Assembly: GCF_000022265.1 (NCBI RefSeq)
Contig: NC_011979.1
Span: forward strand, 3,780,001 to 3,812,000
DNA from: Geotalea daltonii FRC-32
GTDB taxonomy: Bacteria > Desulfobacterota > Desulfuromonadia > Geobacterales > Geobacteraceae
Length of the DNA: 32,000 nucleotides
Direction: 5' to 3'
Shown: positions 24,190 to 32,000 of the stretch, in pieces
Position numbering within the stretch: position 1 is the stretch's first letter
How the letters are laid out: the number at the start of each line of letters is the position of its first letter
Notes under the pieces: model-generated
The model's database searches: none
What the model saw: only the letters and a program-made list of their open reading frames with translations
What the model was told of the DNA's origin: nothing
Made by a program: the position numbers and the translations under genes

Positions 24190-26111
24190 GGAATGGGGGC
24201 TGATTGGGGCAGGGTAAAGTAAAAAGTGGCGCCTTTGCCCACCTCCCCCTCACCCCAGACACGTCCTCCGTGGCGGTGGATGATGCGCTGGACCGTGGCA
24301 AGGCCGATGCCGGTTCCCTCAAAATCGGCTTCACTGTGCAGCCGCTGAAACGCACCGAAAAGCTTCCCCGAATAGGTCATGTCGAAACCGACGCCATTAT
24401 CCCTGACAAAAAATATCTGCTCTCCCTCCTTTATAATGCTGTCGAATACGATGGAGGCTTCCTGCTTTTTGGAGGTGTATTTCCAGGCATTTCCCAGCAG
24501 ATTTTCCATCACGAGCCGCAACAGGTTTCTGTCACCGCTGACAACAATATCCGCTACACTCTTGAATGAAGCATCTCTCTGGGGCGCTGTCTCTTTGAAC
24601 ATCTCTATGATGGACCAGGCCATTTCACTCAGGTTTACCTGTTCGTGCTTCATCTCATTGCGGGATACCCGGGATAGCTCAAGAAGGTCGTCGATCAGGA
24701 GCCCCATACGGTCTGTTGCCGCGCATATCCGCCGCAGGTAATTCTGCCCCTGCTCATCCAGTGACGCCAGACAATCTTCGAGAAGTGCCTGGCTGAAACC
24801 ATTGATGTGACGCAGTGGCGCACGCAGATCGTGGGAAACGGAATAGCAGAACGATTCGAGTTCCTTGTTTGCCGTTTCCAGCTGCAGGGTTCGCTCGGCC
24901 ACCCGTTGTTCCAGCTCTTCGTTCAGGCGTCGAACCTCTGCATGACTCTTCGACAGTTCATCCTGGCTGTGCAGATACTCATCGATCTGCTGACGGAGTT
25001 CCTCTTCAATGGAAGTCAACTCCTCGTTCCGCTCCATCAGCTCTTCTTCCCGCTTGTTGATGGCGTCGGCCATATAGGCAAAAGCTCCCGAAAGTGCCTC
25101 GATCTCCCGGAATTCTCCGGGTACGGGAACAAGGGAATAGTCGCCTCCGGCAAGCTTCTGGGCGTTGGTCATGAGCCGGTTCAGGGGAAGAAGAATTTTG
25201 TTCAGGCTCCAGGTAGCTGCCAGAACAGAGAAAAAAAGCGCTGCCAGAAGACCGAGCAAGAATATTCTTTCCGTTTTTTTCACCGGTGCATAGGCCTCTT
25301 CCACGTCATGGGCAACAACGACCAGCCAGCCGGTTTCGGGAATTTGTACGGCGGTTCCTTCCTTTTCCTTACCTAAAAAGGTGTAACGATAGGTGCCGAA
25401 TCGACCGGCAAGACCGTCACTGATAATGGGAAGATTATTCAGATTGAACTGCTGCCGGACAATTTTATCATCGGGATGGGCGATGACGTTACCGGCCCTG
25501 TTGACTACATAGACATAACTGTAGGACGTGTTGTCCAACTGTTTGGTAATGTTCGTCAACTCCCTCAGATTGACATTGGCGATGACAAGTCCGCCGTCGA
25601 TGGGAACAGACACCGCAACTGTAGGTTCACCACTGATGGGCGAAATGAAGGTTCCCGACCAATAGATCTCCCCTTCCCGGCTGGCCTTGCGGTAAAAGTC
25701 CTGGCCGGTGAAATCTATTCCCAGGTAGTTCTCCCTGATCATTCCAGATGCTCTTCTGTAGCCCACATGGCTGACCTTGCCCCGTGCATCCAGGACGAAA
25801 ATCGATTCGAAGAATTCATCCGCAGCAATTTCTGCGTTCAGGATCAGGTTCAGATTCTTGCTTTTTTTCAACGCCGGATCCATGTCCAGCTGTTCTGCCA
25901 GCTGTCTGACTATCTTCAGCTGGCCCTCAAGGTGACTGCTCACTTCACCGGCAACGGCCGTTGCCAGATTCTTGTTCTGGCGGGCAATATCGTTGCGCAA
26001 ATCCTGAAAAAGGAAACGGTCGGCAACCAGACCGATAACCATGATCGGTGTTAATACGGTCAACAAAGTAATTATAAATAGTGCATTTTTCAAGGTAATC
26101 TTCTTTTTCAC
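24186..26111 (-). CDS. Sensor histidine kinase: TM, periplasmic Cache-like domain, TM, HAMP, coiled coil, HisKA, HATPase
   Basis: It has the H-box SHDLRAPL, N-box ENLLGNAWKY, G1 DNGVGF and G2 GTGIGL. A periplasmic region of ~270 aa lies between two TM helices. The start codon is GTG, 3 nt after the stop of the upstream gene. Confidence 0.9.
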   Translation of the reverse strand: MKKKITLKNALFIITLLTVLTPIMVIGLVADRFLFQDLRNDIARQNKNLATAVAGEVSSHLEGQLKIVRQLAEQLDMDPALKKSKNLNLILNAEIAADEFFESIFVLDARGKVSHVGYRRASGMIRENYLGIDFTGQDFYRKASREGEIYWSGTFISPISGEPTVAVSVPIDGGLVIANVNLRELTNITKQLDNTSYSYVYVVNRAGNVIAHPDDKIVRQQFNLNNLPIISDGLAGRFGTYRYTFLGKEKEGTAVQIPETGWLVVVAHDVEEAYAPVKKTERIFLLGLLAALFFSVLAATWSLNKILLPLNRLMTNAQKLAGGDYSLVPVPGEFREIEALSGAFAYMADAINKREEELMERNEELTSIEEELRQQIDEYLHSQDELSKSHAEVRRLNEELEQRVAERTLQLETANKELESFCYSVSHDLRAPLRHINGFSQALLEDCLASLDEQGQNYLRRICAATDRMGLLIDDLLELSRVSRNEMKHEQVNLSEMAWSIIEMFKETAPQRDASFKSVADIVVSGDRNLLRLVMENLLGNAWKYTSKKQEASIVFDSIIKEGEQIFFVRDNGVGFDMTYSGKLFGAFQRLHSEADFEGTGIGLATVQRIIHRHGGRVWGEGEVGKGATFYFTLPQSAPIP

Positions 26112-26114
26112 GTT

Positions 26115-27239
26115 TTATCTCACCCTCTGGAAGGTACCGTTTTTAATTACCATAAGAAAAGGTGTACGCTTGGGGTCACCGAATCTGTCTATCATTATTT
26201 GATCCTGCAAGCCATTGAAATTTGCCATTGACAGAATTGTCTGTTTCAGCTTTTTCGGGTCGCTGTCCCGTGTCAGCGCTGAAAAAACCAGTTTCGCCGA
26301 ATCATAGGCATGTACCGAAGCAAAAGTCGGCTCGCGCCGGAATCTCTCCCGATAGTTTTTTCTGAACGCCACATATGCAGGTTGGTCGCTGTTGCGGTCA
26401 AAGGTCTGGTAAAAGTTGATACCTTCAACGGCGGTTCCCCCCTGACTCAACAACTCGTCAGTAGTTGACCATTCGGAAACTACGATCGGCATCCCAAAGC
26501 CTGATCTACGCAAGTGCTGGCAGATCATTGCCGTATCCATGGCGCCTGCGATAATGAACAGCCCCTGGGAACCACCGGCCTTGATCTGTTCTGCCAAGTG
26601 CGAAAAGTCAGCTTTTCCTCCCTTGAAGGGAAATTCCTGCACGATGCGTCCTCCCAGACGCTGATGGTTTTCTCTGAAATATTTATACCAACCCAGGGTG
26701 TGGGCTTCGTTTGAAATGTCATAGACGACGGAAATGGAACGAATGTCCAGCTTTTCAATGGCATGGGTGGAGAGAAGGTGCGCCACCTGGCTGCTGGGAG
26801 GGTAAACCCTCAGAAAGTAATCATCGATGCCGGTAAGGTCATTACTGCTGGTGGTGGGACTGAGCATGACCAGATGCGCACGGTTGACGACAGGAAGACC
26901 GGCCACCGACATGACACTGGTCATATGGCCGATGACTGCAACGGCTCCGGCATCCACCAATTCCTGATCCACCTTCTGCGCTTGTTGCGGATCCTGGGCA
27001 TCGTCCTTTGACAGAAGCTCTATTTCCCTGCCGGCTATTCCTCCTCCGGCATTTATTTCCTCCACCGCCAGCACGACGCCATCTCGGCCGGCAATACCAA
27101 GATCGGCAAATTTCCCGGTCAAAGGCCCTGCATAACCGAGATAAATGGGCTTCTTATCCCGGCAGCCGGTCAGCACCAAAGCCGTCAGCAAAAGAATCAT
27201 GCTAATAAGCTGCGGGAAAAAACGTCTGGCCATAAACAT
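26115..27239 (-). CDS. Periplasmic substrate-binding lipoprotein, LivK / Peripla_BP_6 (amino-acid-binding) type
   Basis: It has a lipobox LTGC after a hydrophobic signal. The pattern YLGYAGPLTGKFADLGI...INAGGGIAGREIEL is typical of type I branched-chain amino acid binding proteins. An alternative start, ATG 27233, has better RBS spacing. Confidence 0.85.
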   Translation of the reverse strand: MFMARRFFPQLISMILLLTALVLTGCRDKKPIYLGYAGPLTGKFADLGIAGRDGVVLAVEEINAGGGIAGREIELLSKDDAQDPQQAQKVDQELVDAGAVAVIGHMTSVMSVAGLPVVNRAHLVMLSPTTSSNDLTGIDDYFLRVYPPSSQVAHLLSTHAIEKLDIRSISVVYDISNEAHTLGWYKYFRENHQRLGGRIVQEFPFKGGKADFSHLAEQIKAGGSQGLFIIAGAMDTAMICQHLRRSGFGMPIVVSEWSTTDELLSQGGTAVEGINFYQTFDRNSDQPAYVAFRKNYRERFRREPTFASVHAYDSAKLVFSALTRDSDPKKLKQTILSMANFNGLQDQIMIDRFGDPKRTPFLMVIKNGTFQRVR

Positions 27240-27275
27240 TCCCCCTTCCGTGGCAGAATCTCGCGGAATACTACA

Positions 27276-27440
27276 TAGTTTCCATCCGGAAACTCCGGAT
27301 GGAGAAACGCGGAAAGAGGGGATTTTGTTCTGGCAAGGAAATCAAGGGCTTGTGCGGAGACGTACATCGGTACGTCGCACAAGTAAGCCCGCAGATTGAC
27401 GCTGCCAGGGCAGAAAAGAACCCTTTCCGGATGGAAACTA
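27276..27440. repeat. About 165-nt nested-dyad (rod-like hairpin) element with a competing third arm
   Basis: There is 17-nt perfect complementarity between 27276-27292 and 27424-27440. Nested inside are CTGGCA/TGCCAG (27330-35/27403-08), GGGCTTGTGCG/CGCACAAG..GCCC (27346-56/27376-90) and ACGTAC/GTACGT (27360-65/27370-75). An extra TCCGGATGG lies at 27294-27302. Confidence 0.8.
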
Positions 27441-27483
27441 CATAACATGTCGGCTGTAGCGGGAAGAAACTAAATGAAAACAT

Positions 27484-27510
27484 ATTATAGTTTTGCGGGT
27501 TAATTGTCCA
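27484..27510 (-). promoter_or_regulatory. Possible promoter of the binding-protein/kinase operon
   Basis: The minus strand has a perfect TATAAT (27489..27484). The best -35 is TGGACA (27510..27505), but the spacer is only 15 bp. Confidence 0.3.
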
Positions 27511-27558
27511 TAATTAGTACCCTTACTACATTCGGAAGGAAATAATGTAAATTGCACC

Positions 27559-27587
27559 TTGAAAAATGAGGCGACAATGATTAGTTT
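27559..27587 (+). promoter_or_regulatory. Possible htpG promoter
   Basis: TTGAAA (27559-27564)-N17-TAGTTT (27582-27587). The -35 is embedded in CTTGAAA, which resembles a sigma32 -35, but no CCCCAT-type -10 is present. Confidence 0.35.
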
Positions 27588-27629
27588 GTTCAGGACCGAC
27601 CTACTTTTGCAAAAGGAGAAAAACCGTTC

Positions 27630-29561
27630 ATGACCAAAAGCACGAAAAAGTTTGAAACCGAAGTCCAGCAGCTCCTTGACCTGGTTATACACTCGCTCTA
27701 TTCCAACAAGGACATCTTCCTGCGCGAGCTCGTCTCCAACGCCTCTGACGCAATAGATAAAATCAAATTCGAGTCTCATTCAAACATGGATCTTCTGGAG
27801 GGGAATGCCGACTGGAAGGTTAAACTCATAGCAGACAAGAGCGCCGGCACCCTGACGATCCGCGACAACGGTATCGGTATGAATATGGCCGAGGTTGAGG
27901 AAAATATCGGCACCATTGCCCGCTCCGGCACCCGCGCTTTCATGGACAACCTGAAGGGCAAGAACCTCCAGGACAACCCCGAGTTGATCGGCCAGTTCGG
28001 CGTCGGCTTCTATGCGTCTTTCATGGTGGCCGACAAGGTGACACTGATCACCCGCAAGTCGGGGGATAAAAATGCCGCCTGCTGCTGGGAATCCACCGGC
28101 GACGGCAGCTATACTATCGAAGACTGCGAAAAAGAGACTCGCGGCACCGACATCACCCTGCACCTCAAGGAAGAGATGAAGGAATATCTGGACGAATGGA
28201 AGATCCGCGGCATCATCAAGAAATATTCAGATTATGTGCAGTATCCTATCGTTATGGACATTACCAGGGAAGAGCCGGTCAAGGGGGTGGACGGCAAGGT
28301 CATTGAAGGTGGCGGCACCATCGAAAAGACCACCGAAGAGACCTTGAACTCCATGAAAGCCATCTGGACCAGGCCCAAGAGCGAAATTACCGAAGAGGAG
28401 TATGAAGAGTTTTACAAACATATCTCCCACGATTACGACAAACCCTTCCGCACCATCCACTATTCGGCGGAGGGCACCAGCGAATTCAAGGCGCTGGTCT
28501 ACATTCCCAGCCATAAGCCCTTCGACCTCTTCATGCGCGACCACAAAAAGGGCATCCATCTTTATGTTAAGCGGGTCTTCATCACCGATAATTGCGAAGC
28601 GCTGGTTCCCGATTACCTGCGCTTCATGAAGGGGGTAGTCGATTCCAGCGACCTGCCCCTCAACGTCTCCCGCGAGATACTCCAGGAAGATGTGCAAATC
28701 AAACGGATCGAGAAGAATCTGGTGGGCAAAATCCTCTCCACCCTGGCGGAGACAAAGGAGAAGACACCGGAGGATTACCTGAAATTCTACCGGGAGTTCG
28801 GGCCGGTACTCAAGGAAGGGATCCACTTCGACTTTGCAAACAAGGAGAAGCTGCAGGACCTGATCCTTTTCGAAAGCTCAAAGACCGATAGCGGAAACTT
28901 CGTCTCCCTGAAGGAATACGTTGAGCGCATGCCTGAGAACCAGAAGGAGATCTATTACATCACCGGCCCTTCCCGCTCAGGGCTTGAAAATTCACCACAC
29001 CTGGAAATATTCCGCAAAAAGAGCTTCGAAGTCCTGTACATGACCGATCCGGTGGACGAGTGGGTGGTGCAGAGCCTGACTGAGTACGAAGGCAAGAAGC
29101 TTCATGCCGTTGACCGTGGCGACCTGGAACTGGACAGCGAAGAAGAGAAGAAAGAGAAGGAAGCAAAGCAGGAAGAGGCAAAGAAACAGTATCAGGGTGT
29201 TCTGGATTACATCAAGGAACAGCTGAAGGACCAGGTAAAGGAGGTACGATTTTCCAACCGCCTCACCGACAGCGCCTGCTGTCTCGTTGCCGATCAGCAT
29301 GGCCTCAATGCAAATATGGAAAAAATCCTCAAAGCAATGAATCAGGATGTGCCCGAGTCAAAGCGGGTGCTGGAACTGAACCCGGACCATCCGCTGATGC
29401 AGGTACTGAGCGGGCTCTTTGAAAAAGACAAGGAAAATCCGAAACTGGCCGATTACTGCGGGCTGCTCTACGACCAGGCACTTCTCACCGAAGGTTCACC
29501 AATCCCCGATCCGCTCCGTTTCACCAAGCTGATTGCCGAACTGATGGTAAAAGCGGCGTAA
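27630..29561 (+). CDS. htpG: Molecular chaperone HtpG (Hsp90)
   Basis: It has [26 protein letters not shown] and a charged linker, and is 643 aa long. An AAGGAG RBS lies at 27613-27618. Confidence 0.97.
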   Translation: MTKSTKKFETEVQQLLDLVIHSLYSNKDIFLRELVSNASDAIDKIKFESHSNMDLLEGNADWKVKLIADKSAGTLTIRDNGIGMNMAEVEENIGTIARSGTRAFMDNLKGKNLQDNPELIGQFGVGFYASFMVADKVTLITRKSGDKNAACCWESTGDGSYTIEDCEKETRGTDITLHLKEEMKEYLDEWKIRGIIKKYSDYVQYPIVMDITREEPVKGVDGKVIEGGGTIEKTTEETLNSMKAIWTRPKSEITEEEYEEFYKHISHDYDKPFRTIHYSAEGTSEFKALVYIPSHKPFDLFMRDHKKGIHLYVKRVFITDNCEALVPDYLRFMKGVVDSSDLPLNVSREILQEDVQIKRIEKNLVGKILSTLAETKEKTPEDYLKFYREFGPVLKEGIHFDFANKEKLQDLILFESSKTDSGNFVSLKEYVERMPENQKEIYYITGPSRSGLENSPHLEIFRKKSFEVLYMTDPVDEWVVQSLTEYEGKKLHAVDRGDLELDSEEEKKEKEAKQEEAKKQYQGVLDYIKEQLKDQVKEVRFSNRLTDSACCLVADQHGLNANMEKILKAMNQDVPESKRVLELNPDHPLMQVLSGLFEKDKENPKLADYCGLLYDQALLTEGSPIPDPLRFTKLIAELMVKAA

Positions 29562-29577
29562 TCCCACCCTCCCCTAG

Positions 29578-29598
29578 CCCCTCCCATCAAGGGAGGGG
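29578..29598 (+). terminator. GC hairpin after htpG (no U-tract, so its terminator status is uncertain)
   Basis: CCCCTCCC (29578-85) - ATCAA - GGGAGGGG (29591-98). Confidence 0.3.
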
Positions 29599-29603
29599 GA
29601 ACT

Positions 29604-29632
29604 AAAAAACCCTCTCCCCTGGTGGGAGAGGG
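29604..29632 (-). terminator. Intrinsic terminator of the rubrerythrin gene
   Basis: The minus strand reads CCCTCTCCC-ACCAG-GGGAGAGGG followed by TTTTTT (29609..29604). Confidence 0.65.
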
Positions 29633-29664
29633 TCGGGAGAGGGGGAAAATTCCCTCCTAATGTA

Positions 29665-30171
29665 TCAGCTCACCTTATAGAAGGCCGACCCTGCCGCACC
29701 GCAGACAACGCATTTGTCTGGCGCTCCACGCTCCACCGTGTGTCCGCAGACCGGGCAGACATAATAATCAAACTCCTCTGCCGCAGCCCCCAGCGTATCC
29801 AGCGCCTTCTGGTAAAGCTCCGCATGGACCTTCTCGACTGCGTTAGCGAAAGTGAATGAACGCCTCGCCTCCGTCGCCCCCTCCAGCTCGGCATCTGCGA
29901 TCATCTGCGGATACATGTTCTTGAATTCATGGGTTTCGCCGGCTATGGCCTCAACGAGATTCTCCCTGGTGCCGTTGATCCCCTTGAGGGCCCGCAGATG
30001 ATTATGGGCATGAACGGTTTCAGCTTCGGCTGCAGCACGAAAAAGCCTCGCCACCTGGGGAAAACCATCCTTGTCAGCTTGTTTGGCAAACGCAAGATAT
30101 TTACGATTGGCTTGGGATTCACCGGCAAAAGCCTCTTTGAGATCATTTTCCGATTTTGGAGTGTTTGACAT
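29665..30171 (-). CDS. rbr: Rubrerythrin
   Basis: It has a ferritin-like diiron domain (EAFAGESQANRKY, EAETVHAHNH, AGETHEF) and a C-terminal rubredoxin-like CPVCGH...CVVCGA. AGGAGG (30183..30178) lies 6 nt before ATG 30171. The track start at 30198 lacks an RBS. Confidence 0.9.
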   Translation of the reverse strand: MSNTPKSENDLKEAFAGESQANRKYLAFAKQADKDGFPQVARLFRAAAEAETVHAHNHLRALKGINGTRENLVEAIAGETHEFKNMYPQMIADAELEGATEARRSFTFANAVEKVHAELYQKALDTLGAAAEEFDYYVCPVCGHTVERGAPDKCVVCGAAGSAFYKVS

Positions 30172-30259
30172 TTTAATCCTCCTGGGTTGTGATTGCATGG
30201 GTCGGGGATAAATGATACCACATTGGGTGGAAATGCAAGTTGGCAGGTAAATAAAGAGT

Positions 30260-31159
30260 CTATAATCTTATCAGGTCCTCATGTTCCTCCTCATGGGGAT
30301 TGATATGAATCATCACGTCTCCCACGTTGGAAAAACTGTCGAAAACCAGCTTTTTAACCTGCGTGGCAATGGCATGGGACTGCTTGACCGTCATCTCCGG
30401 GTCCATATCCAGCTTGAGGTCGATGATCACATATTGGCCGGAGCGACGACCCTTTATCTCATGCACATGTTCGACACCCTCGACATCTTCAGCCAGTGCC
30501 GTCACAGCGTGAAGCATCTCCTGTGGCGGCAGGCCGTCCATGAGATCATGGGCCGCACCGCTGAAGGTCTGGTAGCCGATATGGAAAATAAAGAATGAGG
30601 TAAGACCGGCAGCCAGGGGATCCATGACCTTGAAGCCGAAAAAGGCGCCGGTAACCCCCACCAGTGTGGCAATGGAGGTGATGGCATCTTTGCGATGATC
30701 TTTGGCGATGGCCATGACAGCAGGACTCCCCAGATCACCTCCGACCCTGAGGGAAAAGCGGCACAGCCATTCCTTGATCAGTATGGTAACGAAGGCAGCC
30801 AGCACGGCTATTAACTGGGGCTCCTCGTACACTCCGGCAGAGATAGTTTTCACAGCTTTATAGAGAATGCCGAAACCGGTGATAAAGATGACCAGCGAAA
30901 CGAGAATTGCAGATATGCTCTCAGCCCGGCCGTGACCGTAGGGATGTTTTTCATCGAAAGGCTTTCGGCCGATCCTGAGGGCTATGATCGTTGTCAATAT
31001 GGCAATGAAATCGCAGGCGCTCTCCACACCGTCGGCAAAAACCGCTTCAGAACCACCGAAATGCCCTGCCGCGATCTTCATTATCATCAACACCGCATTC
31101 ATCCAGAAGCCAAGCCTGATGACCCGGTCGGCCTGATTGAAACGTTCGGCCCTTTGCAC
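30260..31159 (-). CDS. Cation diffusion facilitator (CDF) family divalent metal efflux transporter
   Basis: It has six TM helices, metal-site residues in FADGVESACD (TM2) and DHRKDAITS (TM5), and a C-terminal cytoplasmic domain. The GTG start shares 1 nt with the recJ stop (TAGTG). Confidence 0.9.
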   Translation of the reverse strand: MQRAERFNQADRVIRLGFWMNAVLMIMKIAAGHFGGSEAVFADGVESACDFIAILTTIIALRIGRKPFDEKHPYGHGRAESISAILVSLVIFITGFGILYKAVKTISAGVYEEPQLIAVLAAFVTILIKEWLCRFSLRVGGDLGSPAVMAIAKDHRKDAITSIATLVGVTGAFFGFKVMDPLAAGLTSFFIFHIGYQTFSGAAHDLMDGLPPQEMLHAVTALAEDVEGVEHVHEIKGRRSGQYVIIDLKLDMDPEMTVKQSHAIATQVKKLVFDSFSNVGDVMIHINPHEEEHEDLIRL

Positions 31160-32000
31160 TATATGCCCCCTGCCCTGCGCAGATCCTTCACCGTCAACTG
31201 CAAAGAACTTCTGCCATTCCAGTTATTTATAGCAGGGGAAAAGGCTAGGTCAATGCGTTCTCCCACCGAAACCCTCCCTGCCATGGAAAAGGCGATCGCC
31301 TCGAATTTCTTCGCCTCAACCTGCAGGCGTAATTTCAGATGGGTATCCTTCACTATCCGGCTCTCCAGGACCTCCGCATCCTGGAGGAGAAACACTGGTT
31401 CCGGGTTCCCCATACCAAAAGGCTTCATCCGCTCCAGTTCCGACACCAGATCCAGGGTAAGATCTTCTGCCTTCAGCTCGGCATCGATCAAAAGCACCGG
31501 TATCAGATCCTCTGGGGTGAGCAGCCCATCGGCTATCTCATTGAACCTTTCGACGAATGCTTGCAGGGTCTCTTCGGCAATTGCAAGCCCGGCTGCATGT
31601 TTGTGACCGCCGAATTTCACCAGATGCTCGGCGCATGCAGTCAGGGCCTCGTGCAGGTGAAAGCCGGCGATACTGCGGCCGGAACCTTTGCCATTGCCGT
31701 CTTTCAAGGCAATGAGAATCGTCGGGCGATGGTAAAGATCCACCAGCCTGGATGCCACAATACCTATCACCCCCGAATGCCACTCTTCCGAGGCAAGAAC
31801 AATACTTTTCCTCCCTTTGAAGGCTGCATCATCCCTCACCATCTGCAGGGCATCATTCAGTATCTCCCGCTCCACAGCCTGCCGCTCGGCATTGCTGGCA
31901 TCCAGAGCTGCCGCCAAAGGCTCAGCGCTCTTCAGATCTTTGCAGAGAAGAAGTTCCACAGCCATTGCGGCGTTCTCCAACCGTCCCGCAGCATTGAGCC
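31159..32000 (-). CDS. recJ: Single-stranded-DNA-specific exonuclease RecJ, partial (N-terminus outside the window)
   Basis: The ORF is open to the window edge. It contains LNAAGRLENA, WHSGVIGIVASRL and the DHHA1 motif KFGGHKHAAG. The track M at 31980 is an internal TTG (Leu). Confidence 0.93.
   Translation of the reverse strand, partial: LNAAGRLENAAMAVELLLCKDLKSAEPLAAALDASNAERQAVEREILNDALQMVRDDAAFKGRKSIVLASEEWHSGVIGIVASRLVDLYHRPTILIALKDGNGKGSGRSIAGFHLHEALTACAEHLVKFGGHKHAAGLAIAEETLQAFVERFNEIADGLLTPEDLIPVLLIDAELKAEDLTLDLVSELERMKPFGMGNPEPVFLLQDAEVLESRIVKDTHLKLRLQVEAKKFEAIAFSMAGRVSVGERIDLAFSPAINNWNGRSSLQLTVKDLRRAGGI

Noticed and set aside
27391-27408. A sigma54-like CTGGCAGcgtcaatCTGC on the minus strand upstream of the binding-protein/kinase operon
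   Set aside because: The GG to GC spacing is 12 nt rather than the required 10, and the -12 element is not TTGC. The TGCCAG is better explained as one arm of the nested dyad.
27145-27483. Three overlapping small ORFs (84 aa plus, 83 aa and 70 aa minus) in the binding-protein/htpG spacer
   Set aside because: They have no RBS and they overlap one another. They are spanned by the nested dyad, which explains the absence of stops on both strands. One runs into the binding-protein gene out of frame.
27558-27564. CTTGAAA (the sigma32 -35 consensus) recurring upstream of htpG (27558), the GGDEF gene (7228) and the ytxH-like gene (6752) as a heat-shock regulon signal
   Set aside because: None is followed by a CCCCAT-type -10 at 13-17 bp. 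A given 7-mer is expected about 4 times by chance in 64 kb of two-strand sequence. No CIRCE (TTAGCACTC-N9-GAGTGCTAA) was found upstream of htpG either.

Overview
This looks like a core-chromosome window. By gene content and protein gestalt it most resembles a Geobacter-type deltaproteobacterium (Desulfuromonadota), but that taxon call is an unverified impression. I call 28 protein genes (2 truncated by the window edges) and 1 tRNA. I saw no mobile elements, CRISPR arrays, toxins or defence genes. The gene blocks are: (i) a minus-strand housekeeping and c-di-AMP string, tRNA(CAT), tilS, ftsH, folP, cdaA, ybbR-like, glmM (1-6562); (ii) a small YtxH-type protein and a membrane GGDEF cyclase (6818-8423); (iii) an SDR, a secreted TPR protein, and a translationally coupled pair of a Tat-signal DUF362 protein and a NapH-like membrane polyferredoxin (8426-12441); (iv) the NAD salvage genes pncB and pncA, separated by an adenylate-forming ligase divergent from pncA (12572-16420); (v) an aromatic amino acid block with aroG convergent on trpE-trpG-trpD-trpC-trpF-serA (16523-24101), preceded co-directionally by an amino-acid-type binding protein plus a Cache/HAMP histidine kinase (24186-27239); (vi) htpG, rubrerythrin, a CDF transporter and recJ (27630-32000). 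The most unusual signals are non-coding. Two families of tandem heptanucleotide arrays occur only at the aro/trp/ser gene junctions. Family A always reads GA-N3-GT in mRNA sense and sits at or just after TGA stops. Family B occurs as a 15-nt perfect inverted pair bracketing trpG-D-C-F. There is also a ~165-nt nested-dyad element with a competing third arm in the spacer between the binding-protein/kinase operon and htpG. The best protein-level candidate for an undescribed system is the Tat-DUF362/polyferredoxin module. None of this is proven, and the rest of the window is ordinary. Several starts shown as M in the ORF track are GTG or TTG codons (ftsH TTG; SDR, kinase and CDF GTG).
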